Of a stretch of DNA of 64,000 nt, positions 22,916-34,600 are shown piece by piece. Every line of letters starts with the position of its first letter. Position 1 is the stretch's first letter. This DNA comes from Vicugna vicugna (taxonomy: Eukaryota). Both the position numbers and the translations under genes were made by a program. The stretch is taken from positions 2,694,271 to 2,758,270 of the forward strand of contig MU063710.1 in the NCBI GenBank assembly GCA_013265495.1. Direction: 5' to 3'. The notes under the pieces were generated by a model. It worked only from the letters and a program-made list of their open reading frames with translations. It was not told the DNA's origin and searched no databases.

Positions 22916-25734
22916 ATGATTAATAGATATTCACTATGTCTCTTCTCTTCATCGAGCCAGATTCCCAATGTTTCATCACAATAATCACTAATAATAGGAA
23001 TTGAATAAATACCAATAAATGTAGCTTTGAGAAAGCGTTACAATATTAATTTATACCTTTGGGGTGAATTTAATCTATATGGAAAACAAAAAAATGCAAG
23101 AGATTATGAATTCTACACTCTATTTATATATTTCTGTGATTTTTAATATAAATCTTTCCAATAAGGCCACAAATTCTTGAGTTTCACCATTACATCTTAG
23201 AGCTTGATATATAGTAGTTACTAAATAGAAAGTTTTGAATAAGCAACTGAGTGGAAATGAGTAAATGAATGAATGAATAAAATAATATTGTAATTCAACT
23301 CAAAGAGCAGTTATTTTAACCTATAAAGATTGCAATCAAATTTCTCTTTAATATTTTTGAAACAAACTTTTTTTTTCAAATTTGTGCTTAGTCAAGACCT
23401 TAAGTAGAACGATTCTACTGATAAGATTCAACTGGATTTGAATAAAAAGGATATGAAAAGTCATCTTACTTCTCTTATTAGAGCCTTCTTTTTTCTCACC
23501 TTTTTATTATAGGGTTTTTATTATAGGGCCAACTCCAACTTTTGTGCCCTTGTATAATATCTTCTGCTGCTAGCTTTTCAACTCCTGTAGTAGTAGCATT
23601 AATTCCCCTGGACATATATCCACCAGTAATTATCCTTCCCTCTTTATCTCACTTGCATATTATAATACTATTGGTTAAAATTAAGCCAGTTAGAGTTGTG
23701 ATGTGGAACTACAGTTAAACATAAAAAACATTTGCAGTGTCAGCAGAATATCATTATTTAGAATTAAAAAACTTAAACTTCATTGCACATCTGAAGGTCA
23801 CTGACTTTCAGGAATAGGTAGTGAGTTGGTAAATCCTCCTCTACCTTTATTACTGAGAAATGATAATGTAAAATATCGTGACTGATGGAACAATGTTTTG
23901 AAGATTCATTGGCCTAACTACACAATTTGATTTCTCTAATCATGCTATATAAAACAGTAAGAACTGGTGTAATACAGAAATTGAAAGTATATATAATATT
24001 TGGAAATAAAACTGTACATTACACAATGAGTAAAGCATAAAAGTACCAAATATATCCCCAATTAAGTTCCATTAAGTAGGTTTGAAACAAATCCCACAGC
24101 CTTTGTAGCACTCTTCTCAAATTCAGTGTTTATAGTTACCATCAGAGTCTTGAAAGAAATGTAATTGAGAAGTAGAGTATCTCAGGTCTCAACATTGTGC
24201 TTGTGTTAAATCAGACAACAAACAAAAAACTCAAAAATGTTTCTTCTCCAGCCTCCAGGAGAACATGTGTCAAAGTCCCAAGTTCGTCCCTTGAGGTTAA
24301 TATTAGTGTTAAGATATCAAAAGGAATGGTAACCATCTTTCAAAGGTATCTGCACCAAAGAAAAATATTCATAGACACTCTGTCCTCCTACCAAAAGAAG
24401 ACTCTGTGATTTTTAAGCAAGTTTATTAGATAGAAGTTTATGAAGTTTTAAATCATTGTGCCAGAATTAGGACAAGGACACTTAAAACGGTTCTCAGTTC
24501 ATCATTTGGCTTTTTTGAGGAGCGCCTGTGACATAGTATTAATCATTAGGGATCAATATGGATACCAGGCTTTCATGAGAAATATGTTGGTTGACCTTAA
24601 TAAATCTTCAAGTGTGTAAATACAGAAATATTTGTACAGGCAATTTTCTGCTGAATTACATTTCCTCTGTGCACATTCTCATACTGCAATATATTTTTTT
24701 TAACAACTTATACTAAAGGTTTGATGTGATGGCAGTTTTTCCAAAGAAACATTCTTAATTACATCACAATGGTTACTTTCATATCTAGTTATTTAATCCT
24801 CATTATTGTCATCATGATTAATCTGCATTTATGTGTTTTGAAAACTTTTTGCTACTATAAATGACGTGGTAACAAATAAAGCTTTTTGCTTAGAATGAAT
24901 TTCCATAGGATGAATTACTAGATTAACAGGTTTGAAAATATTTAAGGCTGTTGATAAATTCTGTATTTTTTGAAGCAGCCAAAGAAAGTTTTCTGTGCTA
25001 GAAATGTAAAAAGAATCAGCAACTAAACTGAATCATACATCTAATTTAAAATGATAGGCAGCCCCTAATTTGCCAGTGGGTGATGTTGGCAAAAGTTACA
25101 TTCTAAGGCATTTGTATTAGATTTGATATATATGTATCTAGTCATGAGGGATGTTATAAAATTCTCAACCACTCACAGAATCCGATTTAGCCTTTAATAT
25201 AGTTAAAATATACATAGTAGTAACAACCAGTTTCTCTGGGTGCTTCTAAATATCGAATTGCTTGCTCCTTACCTTTTTCACTCTTTACTTCTCTGTGTTT
25301 TGAATGTTTTCTGTGAGTGCCACCACTCTGAACTTCTTGGAAATGGGATTCTGAGCTTCCAAATGTCTTCTACCTATCTGAGCACTTGAGAAAAGGAAAA
25401 GGGATGCGAAGCTGGAGGAAATCTCCTACGATACTGAGTGAAGCCTCCAAGAACTGGGTACTTCCCAATGCATTGTGAAGGGAAGTACAGAAAAGAAAAG
25501 CATTAAAAGTCAGACTCTGATGCGTCAATGTTCAAAAAATAAATAAATAAAAAACCTGCATCAAGAAAGAAAATTGTTAAATTCAGAGATGGTATTTGTG
25601 TCAGGGGAAGCATCCTTTTGGTTTTATTATTTTTCTACAATATATATAATGTAACAATTTTAAATAATTCAAATGATGTAAAAATTCAAACATAAATGAT
25701 TTTAACTAAATATATGTATATATTTATCTTCTAG

Positions 25735-25884
25735 AAAATACAAGAAGATTCACTAGAAGAAAATCTACGTTTAGCTCAAGAGTATCAGAAATTACAGACC
25801 ATTTTCTTAACAGAAAAGGACAACTATTTGAACCTGTATGACAGACAGCTATCACTTGATGGCTCAGTTAGAGATAAGAAACAG
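25735..25884 (+). CDS. CCDC178: Internal coding exon (150 bp, phase 0-0) of coiled-coil domain-containing protein 178
   Basis: Acceptor ...tatttatcttctag (AG 25733-25734), branch-like TTAAC near 25702-25706, donor CAG|GTAGGT (25885). The 50 codons are stop-free: KIQEDSLEENLRLAQEYQKLQTIFLTEKDNYLNLYDRQLSLDGSVRDKKQ. This matches my recollection of the human CCDC178 C-terminal segment (ENLRLAQEYQQLQITFLKEKDNYFNIYDKQLSLDTSIRDKKQ). Gene identity is from memory, not a search. It is absent from the ORF track because it has no ATG in this frame. Confidence 0.85.
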
Positions 25885-26699
25885 GTAGGTTTCTCTTATT
25901 TTTTAAAAAATAATTTTTTACTTGACATATGTTCCAGAAAAAGTAACAAGTGGTCAGTCGTGGGGTCTCCAATCTTATGGTGGTCTTTTGTATGCCACCA
26001 AATAGCATGTTTTCTTTTTGTAAAGTTTTGTGTATTTTTATCAACGTTTTGAAATTGAATTTTGAAAGGACATTTGAGAAATGAAAAAACTTAGTTTCTA
26101 ATCCACTATTTTATACCATTTTCTTGTAATTATTATGACCTGAAATACCAAATTTTTGTCGTTCATAAATTTAAATATATTATCATATGCTTCAAATTTC
26201 AGTTCTATCTATGGATAGCTTACCATGATACAACTCTTAATTCGTCCTCATGATGTATGGGCTCTATGTTTTGGTTTCTATTTTTCTTGCTAAATATGAA
26301 GCTTAATTAGAAACTTGACAAAATAGTTGACCCTCTCTGATTACTGGAAATCACCAGAAATTCCAATATATTTTCTAAGATCTTCTGTAATACTAAAAGT
26401 GGAAAAGTAAAGCACATAATACGCCACAAATCAAAAAGTAAAGCTCCATTCCTAGGGTGTTAAGATACATCCACTCCCTCTATATTCTTCTCCAGTTACT
26501 CATTAACAAGAAAGTTATTTTCCTTTGAATCTTTGTTTCTTCTCAGAATTTAAATTTCAAAAACTAGAGGCATTAATTATTTTTTAACATTTCACCTACC
26601 TGTAAAGCCAGTAGGCCACTAATAGATCCTTTCTCCTATTGTTGTCTCTCAGACTACTATACTATAAATTAGTAGTTCAGAATTTCAGTACTGTATTTA

Positions 26700-26850
26700 T
26701 CCCTCATTACTATGGAATAGTGGGAAGACAGATGGCCAGGATTTGAGTGTAAGCTTTACCAATTACTAGCTCAGTGATCTTGGCAAATTATTTATCATTT
26801 CTGACTGTTTTCATATCTGTAAAGTGAAGTTTACCTTGGAGGAAAATTGT
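26700..26850 (+). mobile_element. MIR fragment
   Basis: attactagctcagtgatcttggcaaattatttatcatttctgactgttttcatatctgtaaagtg resembles the MIR core. Confidence 0.6.
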
Positions 26851-27558
26851 TTAGGACTGATAGAGCCCTCCAGAGTTTCTTTGAAAATAAAAGTTACTGT
26901 GCAACTGTGAGTAACTATTATATTCATCTGATGTCCTGCTTAGCCGCGCCCTATGTTTCCGACCCATCTATTCTCATGCGAGTTAAAGCTTCCAGATGTA
27001 TCAGGAGAGAGTGTGTATTTTTCTCTTAGAGGTTTGTATTGAAGCAGTAGCAAGATGAAGGTAGATAGAGAAATAAGTGTGTTTCGGAAAGAACTGAGAA
27101 TGCAACTATAAGCCAGAATCTTAGTGTCCTCATGCCATCATGCAGGATTCAGAGAAAGGGCATCAATGTATCCATGGGGTTTTGTCCAGCCACTTCGTGC
27201 ATTTGACATTCTTATTGAGTTTAAACATGTTTCAGTTGATAATTGAGGAGGATAAAATAATCAATGGCTCTACTGTATTTCCTTTTCTAACCAGGAGGGA
27301 AACAAAAATAAATTTTATGTGTATCTTTTATCAGTTTGTATAGAATCCTTTGGTGGCAGATGACAAATATATTAGATACCCGTGTAAATAGTGAAGAACT
27401 CAGATCTTTAAGGGAGAGCCCTAACATAGTATTTACATAGTAAGAACCAAATTGTCTTGATGTCAGTTTTAGAATTAAAGCACGTCCTGATTCAAGAACC
27501 AAGGAGGGAAACTCTGGTCTGAACAGAAAGTGGGGCATGCTAAGAGATTGGGTTTATG

Positions 27559-27827
27559 NNNNNNNNNNNNNNNNNNNNNNNNNNNNNNNNNNNNNNNNNN
27601 NNNNNNNNNNNNNNNNNNNNNNNNNNNNNNNNNNNNNNNNNNNNNNNNNNNNNNNNNNNNNNNNNNNNNNNNNNNNNNNNNNNNNNNNNNNNNNNNNNNN
27701 NNNNNNNNNNNNNNNNNNNNNNNNNNNNNNNNNNNNNNNNNNNNNNNNNNNNNNNNNNNNNNNNNNNNNNNNNNNNNNNNNNNNNNNNNNNNNNNNNNNN
27801 NNNNNNNNNNNNNNNNNNNNNNNNNNN
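27559..27827. other. Assembly gap (269 N)
   Basis: Run of N. Confidence 0.99.
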
Positions 27828-28898
27828 GAGAAAACCCTTTAATATTTTAGTCCATTTCCTTGATATTGCAGCATTTCCTTTGTCCAGTTTAGTTTGGGGT
27901 GCATGAAAGTACTCCTCAACCTCTGAGTCCCTTGTTGAATTTCCTTGTCAGATAAAATGAAATTTTTTGTATCTTTTGCCTGTTTTAGAATAATTTCATT
28001 GCTTCTGAATATACATTTTTTAGCACAAGAAATAATTATATTTTAATCATCATGCTTCTTAGGGAGTATTTTTCTTTCTACACAAATTATACCCTTTTCT
28101 ACTTCTTAGTACTTTTAGACCAAGCATAGCAAAGAAAGCTTAATGTAAGAGTAAAACAAATCAAATATAAAAATAATGTCCCCTTCCTGAACAAAGTTTT
28201 GTATATATGTGGCTCAAATCTTAGAATAGGTGATAGAATTATATCTGCTTCTTTTGCACATTTCTTGATACTTTCCTGTATCTTTAAAATTTGCAGTGGT
28301 GGATATTTTACCCTTTAAAAGTCAGAAACAAACAAAAATAGTTATGTAAAATTCTTATTAGCCCTGTTCACGGGTAATGATAGAACAGAATCCATCTAAA
28401 ACTTCTCAGATCTAAAAACTTACAATAACATTAAAGAGGAATGAAGGAAAAATTGTACACACAGCTTGTATGTTGTGTGAAAATGGGCATTTTCATCATT
28501 TTTATTGAAAGCTTTCAGATGTATTTTTCATATTTCTTCAAAAATCCATGAATATATTGATAAAATCACCATGTGCTTGTTTTAATGGCTATCTCAAGTT
28601 CTTCAGGCCTGCAAAGAAAGGTGAGCTAAGCAAAGCATGCAGGTATTAATAGTTCTGTTGGCTAAAAACAAGATCTCTTCCAAAATTGGTTAAAATATAT
28701 TTTAATTTCTTTTTAAATTACTTATAAAGCTTAACTTTTGCCCTACTCCAATTCTCAGCACTTTCTTACTATGAGACTATAAATTATTACAGAATCAGTC
28801 AGTGCTTAACAAGCACTAAGTGAACCAGGTGTCTGTGCCATGTGGTTTGCAAACGTTGTCTTTGAAATATCCCTTAGAAATTCAGGAAAATTTTCTAT

Positions 28899-28939
28899 TT
28901 TTATTATTATTATTATTATTACTGCTATTATTATTATTG

Positions 28940-28983
<44 letters not shown>

Positions 28984-28986
28984 TTC
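28899..28986. repeat. Compound trinucleotide microsatellite (ATT)n-(CAT)14
   Basis: Read directly: an interrupted TTA/ATT run followed by 14 uninterrupted CAT units (28941-28982). Confidence 0.95.
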
Positions 28987-30064
28987 ATCTCCTTTATAAG
29001 ATATGGTACCGAGATTGAGTGTGTCATATGGTCACCTGGGTAGAGGAAGACTGACTTGAGAGGGAACAGACTCAGCATTTTCTACATTCAGCCATTGCCT
29101 AACCATGGTGCTCCCTCTCTGCTATAGCATGACTGAACAATCCTACACATGCCTCATCGGCTTCTATGAATCATGTAAAAACTACATAATATCATACATT
29201 ATGTCTCTGCTGTCCAACTGAAACAGGTTATTTGATTCACTAATTGTTTTTGTAATTTTATTTCATTGAAGCCACCTTTTCAATGATGGTTTTTCTGGTG
29301 GGGAAAGACTATCTATTTATTTAGAAGCTGTTTAATTTCCATAAGGGTTATAGATCAGTTTCACAACTCTTGAATTGTAAAACTTTTGAAACTAGGAGTG
29401 CCTTTAGAAACTTTATGCATCTCTTTAGAAGACCATTTTACAGGATAAGGAAAATTAAGGCCAGAGTGGTTCAGGGATTTAACACACAGACAGTTAGTTA
29501 GAAAACAAGTTGGCCTAGGACACAGTTGCCTTAATTTAGGTTCAAATATTGCCTCCAAGAGTCTGTAGACGAGCATGTGCTGTGATATTTTTCCCGAGTT
29601 TGAGTGGACTGGCAGCTGGAAGTAGTGAGTTACTGCCACGGATATGCTCAGATTGGAGCATTATCTTTAAGTGACCTGAGCTTGTGAAGGAGTCACGAAG
29701 GGACATGGGTCAGAGGACTACTCCAGAGCTCTGAGGGATACTTCTGGGCCTCAAGGAATTCAGACACTTCATTCATTCATTCAGTTATTCAAAAATAAAT
29801 TATTAATCATCCATTGTACTGACAAAGATACAATAAAAGGCATAGGAATATACTACCTCATCTCAGCTTCCATGCTGAAGGCTGTGATCTCCAGAGTCCA
29901 AGGGAATCTTTCCTAGAACAGACCATAGAACCAGCCCAACAACATCCTCTCTTCACTTCACCAAAGGACGAAGCAGGAAGTTTTGCTGTTTAATCTGTAT
30001 TCCCTAGGCCTCCATAGCAGTTTCCATATAAATTCTCAAAAGTACTGTATAATTCAGAGATCTG

Positions 30065-30208
30065 AAGACAGCATGGTATCGGTACAAAAACAGACATATA
30101 GACCAAAGGAACAGAATAGAGAGCCCAGAAATGAACCCACAAACTTTTGGTCAACTCATCTTCGACAAAGGAGGCAGGAATATACAGTGGAATAAAAACA
30201 GTCTCTTC
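30065..30208 (+). mobile_element. Isolated internal L1 ORF2 fragment with an open L1 frame, no 3' UTR and no poly(A)
   Basis: Translates without stops to [48 protein letters not shown], homologous to L1 ORF2p KTAWYWYQNRDIDQWNR...LIFDK...WGKDSLF. Confidence 0.85.
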
Positions 30209-30581
30209 CCTTTTTCTGTTTTCAAATGTGGGTTTCCTCTAAAACTCACTTTGCATTGATTTGGTGAGGAGTCTAAGTCAATTCTAGCAATAAACAAAAT
30301 TATTTTCCTAAAGAAATGTGAAAGCTGTTTTAGTTTTCATTTTTATAAGTATTTCGTATTGCTTGTTATCTTGCATGTATTAAAAATGGGCTTCGAGTGG
30401 TGATTTTTATGTGCTTGTTTCAGTGTAGATGGAAATTCATTTCTTTGCTAGGAAAACCATAATTTTAAAATAGATTTTGCCTACAACAGCTATGTAATGA
30501 CCCCATCAGTATCTCTGCCTCCCTTTCTTAGGACACAGGTATGTGAGCACAAGCACACACACTCACACACATATATATCAT

Positions 30582-30828
30582 CAGTGGTTCTCACTGAGGA
30601 CTGTTTTACCCTACAGAGGATGTGTGGATATCTGGCAGTGCCTGGGGACATTTTCGGTAATCACATCAGGGTGGTAGTGGGGTTGGGAGGAGTGCTCCTG
30701 GCATCTTATGGACAGAGGCCAGGGATGCTGCTAAAATTCCTACAATACACAGGACAGCCCTCCCCTCACCACACGCCACAAACATTTCTGCCCTGAAATG
30801 GCAACAGAGCTAAGGTAAAGAGACCCTA
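30582..30828 (+). mobile_element. MER20 hAT-Charlie element
   Basis: cagtggttctca...agaggccagggatgctgctaaaattcctacaatacacaggacagccc...gagaccct follows the MER20 consensus. Confidence 0.85.
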
Positions 30829-31279
30829 ATATATAGAGAGGAAGAGATTTAGACAAAGAGATAGAAATAAATGTATTATATACATATATAATCCCTCTGA
30901 GCCTCTGAAGAATGGGAATATTAGCGTCTCCCTAGCGGATTGTTGTAAAAAACTATAGTAATAATTAACATCTATAAAGCACTTCCTGTGTGTTACATAC
31001 TTTGCAAGTCTTTCTGTGTAATATTATTTAAGTTTTTCAACAACCTTATAGAACATAAATACAAATTTTAAATATTAAACTATCTATAATAGTTTTCCAC
31101 AGTCTAATTTGCATATAGAGGATATGACTACAGATTTTTTTTTTTAGATAAATATATGTCCCTTACTTCTTGTACCAAATCTTGATATGGCTACAAAAGA
31201 CCTTCTAGTCTATAATAGGTATTAAAGAGTTGATGCAACTTGAGAACATGGGATGAATTATGGGGAGAGAGCACCCTCC

Positions 31280-33060
31280 CATTACCTTGCTAAGGCCTTC
31301 AGGGGAGAGTGGTCATCGCTTGCTAAAGTCAGTGGAGCCTGGACAATTGCAACACTTCCCTCTCCTTGACTGGGGACAGTGAGTAGCAGTAGTCACAGCA
31401 TTCTACTAGCCCCTTGCTAAAGCCAGTAGCCACATGCAACAAGATGCTGCAGTTGCACCAATGAAGCTGGCATGCATGTAGTCAAGGCATTTCCCCCACT
31501 ACCTTGATGAAGCCAGCAATGATGTCCCACCCCCTGCACTCTCCAGTTGGTTTGCTAAAGCCAGTGGGTACATGTAATCCACACAGGGGATGCCCCTTGA
31601 TCACTTGGCTTTGGTGGCGAAGGGGACTTACATTCCACAAAGTAGAAATCGATAGTAAATACATGAAAGAAAATGGGAAAGGAATATAAACATAAGACTG
31701 AAGAAAGATATAAATCCACCAGGAAAGAGAGCAGGCAAGGAAAAAAGAAGAGAGAGGAACTACAAAAACAGCCAGAAAACAATTAACAAAATGGCAAAGT
31801 ACATACCTATCAATAATTACTTTCAATATAAATAGGCTAAATTCTCCAATTAAAAGACATAGAGTGGCTGAATGGGTTTTAAAACAAACAAACAAACAAA
31901 CAGAAAACTCATCTATATGCTGCCTACAAGAGCCGCACTTCAGATATTAGGACAAAGCAAAGGGATGGAAAAAGATATTCTGTGCAAATAGAATTGAACA
32001 AAAAAAAGCTTGTGTAGTTATAACAGACAAAATAAACTTTAAAACAAAGACTGTAATAAAAGACAATAAGGGCATTGCATAATGATAAATTAATATCCAA
32101 ACTATATAAAGAACTCAGAAAAATCAATAGCAAACAGACAAACAATTTGATTATGAAAATGAACAGAGGATCTGAATGGACATTTTTCCAAAGAAGGCAT
32201 ACAGAAGACTAACACGTACATGAAAAGGTGCTTAACATCATTAATCATCAGGAAAATACGGATCAAAGCCACGATGAAATATTACCTCAAACCTGTTAGA
32301 TGGGCTATTATGAAAAAAGATAAGTGACAGGTGTTGGAGAGGATGTGGAGCACTGTTGATGAGAATGAGAATTAGTGCAGTCATTATGGGAAACAGTACG
32401 GAGCTTCCTCAGAAAGTTACAAATAGAACTACCAAATGATCCAGCAATTCCACTTCTGAGTATTTATCCAAAGAAAATGAAAACTAATTTGAAAAGATAC
32501 ACGCACTCCATCTTCATAGCAGCATTACTTACAATAGCCAACATATGAAAATAGCCTAAGGGTCCGTTGAGGGATGAATGGNNNNNNNNNNNNNNNNNNN
32601 NNNNNNNNNNNNNNNNNNNNNNNNNNNNNNNNNNNNNNNNNNNNNNNNNNNNNNNNNNNNNNNNNNNNNNNNNNNNNNNNNNNNNNNNNNNNNNNNNNNN
32701 NNNNNNNNNNNNNNNNNNNNNNNNNNNNNNNNNNNNNNNNNNNNNNNAAATAAGAGAAAGACAAATACCATATGATTTCACTTATATCTGGCATCTAAAA
32801 CACAAACAAAACAGAACAAAAAGCATAGATAAAGAGAGTAGAATGGTTGCAGCATGGTGACTATAGTCAGTCATTGTAGACCTACTAGAAAATTGCAAGA
32901 GAGTAAACCCTGAAAGCTAACTTTGTGTGGTGGTAGATGGTAACTAGACTTACTGTGCTGGTCACTTTGCAATGTACACAAATATCAAATTATTATGTTG
33001 TACAGCTGAAATGAATGTAATAGTATATGTCAAAATTGTACCTCAAAATCTAAAAAAGTA
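31280..33060 (+). mobile_element. L1 (L1MA/MB-type) mosaic: putative 5' UTR, ORF2 endonuclease start, ORF2 C-terminus and 3' UTR
   Basis: The EN N-terminus YLSIITFNINRLNSPIKRHRVAEW starts at 31804. The sequence jumps to C-terminal ORF2 at about 32090, and the 3' UTR ends gtcaaaattgtacctcaaaatctaaaaaag. The gap at 32582-32747 lies inside it. Confidence 0.8.
32582..32747. other. Assembly gap (166 N) inside L1 3' region
   Basis: Run of N. The flanks gatgaatgg and gagaaagacaaatac are collinear L1 sequence separated by a comparable distance in the consensus. Confidence 0.99.
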
Positions 33061-33563
33061 CATTTTAATTTTAAAAAATGACTTGAAAAATATTGTAGAC
33101 AGATAGACATTGAAAATATTTCCCTTTGTCAGCTGAAGGGTTACTCTCAGCTTTTCTATAAAAGTCATCCTTAATATGACAGATGTGCCTTTTAAAATCT
33201 TGTACTATTCCATTATAGAAAATCACTGATTAAAAAAAAACCCTTATACCCACAGCCAGCACTTACCTGAGAAAAAGAAAGATAATGCAGTGAATAATAT
33301 AGCTTTAGAATTTTGTGAAGTTGTGCCAGATATAAAATCATTTTCAAATTATTTCCTTTGGTGCTGGTACTCAAAATTGTGTTGCATTTCAAGAAAAATC
33401 CTCACTTTAAAGAAATATATATGCAATGTACTCATAGGTTATTGAGAAAAGTATATAAAACAAAGCTACTATCTGCATGATGTATATAGAAAAAGAGCAA
33501 AAATGTTATCTGTAAAAGCAGAAAAGAATTTGGCTTGCTTGACTTTTTGTATCAAGCATGCTA

Positions 33564-33767
33564 NNNNNNNNNNNNNNNNNNNNNNNNNNNNNNNNNNNNN
33601 NNNNNNNNNNNNNNNNNNNNNNNNNNNNNNNNNNNNNNNNNNNNNNNNNNNNNNNNNNNNNNNNNNNNNNNNNNNNNNNNNNNNNNNNNNNNNNNNNNNN
33701 NNNNNNNNNNNNNNNNNNNNNNNNNNNNNNNNNNNNNNNNNNNNNNNNNNNNNNNNNNNNNNNNNNN
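33564..33767. other. Assembly gap (204 N)
   Basis: Run of N. Confidence 0.99.
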
Positions 33768-34384
33768 TAAAAAGGAAATAAATAACAGTCAATACAATAC
33801 TATATATGACTTCATGATAACATTTCTCCATTCTTAATATTAATACTGTTATAACCATTGCAACATAGATACTATGTAAAACTGTAGGATCTCATGGAAA
33901 TGAAGCTTAGACACATTGTGACAGTTCTAGTCAATATACCTAAAAAGTACTTTACAGGAAGAGGTGTTTGCCCTGAGAACTAGTTACTGGTTTTTCTGTT
34001 GTTACTCTCTGCTGTAGGGAACCTTTTGTATGTTTCCATTTTTCCCTCTTACAAGGTCTTAGTTAATTCTCCCTTTTATGAGATATCTTTCTTTCTTCCT
34101 TTATCTTTGCATCTCTGCTTCTTCACTGCAGAGTATTTTCACTTCAGCGTCTCTTTACTACATGAAATAAGAGAAAATAAAAATAGTTACTGTCTATTAC
34201 ACACCTCCAATGTGGCGGTCACCAAGCTATGCATTTCCAGCATGTGTAAGGCCCTGCAATTGTCCCCTCCCCCATTATAAATCATCAGTCACACATGACA
34301 TTATCATTATTATGCTGTCCTGACTATTTAATTTATAAAAACTATGTGAAACAACTGGAAATATTCCCATTTTTCCTCAGGGAG

Positions 34385-34600
34385 CTAAAGGCTGCTATAA
34401 TGAAGTACCACAGACTGTCACATAAACAACAGAAGTGTATTTTCTCACAGTTCTAGAGGCTAGAACCCCCCAGGACCCCAATTTTAGCTTAATTATCTCT
34501 GTAAAGAGCTTATTTCCAATCACAATCACATTCTAAGGTCCTGGGGGTTAGGACTTCAACTTATGAATTGAGGGGAGGGGATACAATGAAACCCATAACG
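34385..34600 (-). mobile_element. MaLR MLT1A/B-type LTR with internal deletion
   Basis: gctgctataatgaagtaccacagactg...ttctcacagttctagaggctagaa is joined directly to ...cacattctaaggtcctgggggttaggacttcaacttatgaattgagggg. Confidence 0.75.

Noticed and set aside
25735-25884. Assignment to the paralogue CCDC175
   Set aside because: The peptide matches my recollection of CCDC178, not CCDC175, and the isolation of the exon fits a giant-intron gene. BLASTP would settle it.
28806-29078. ORF with a poly-Met tract (and the opposite-strand poly-Ile ORF)
   Set aside because: It is simply the translation of the (CAT)n/(ATT)n microsatellite.
31287-31562. Repeated TTGCTAARGYC motif as a CRISPR-like array
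   Set aside because: The units are 11 bp, degenerate and irregularly spaced, and they lie in an L1 leader.
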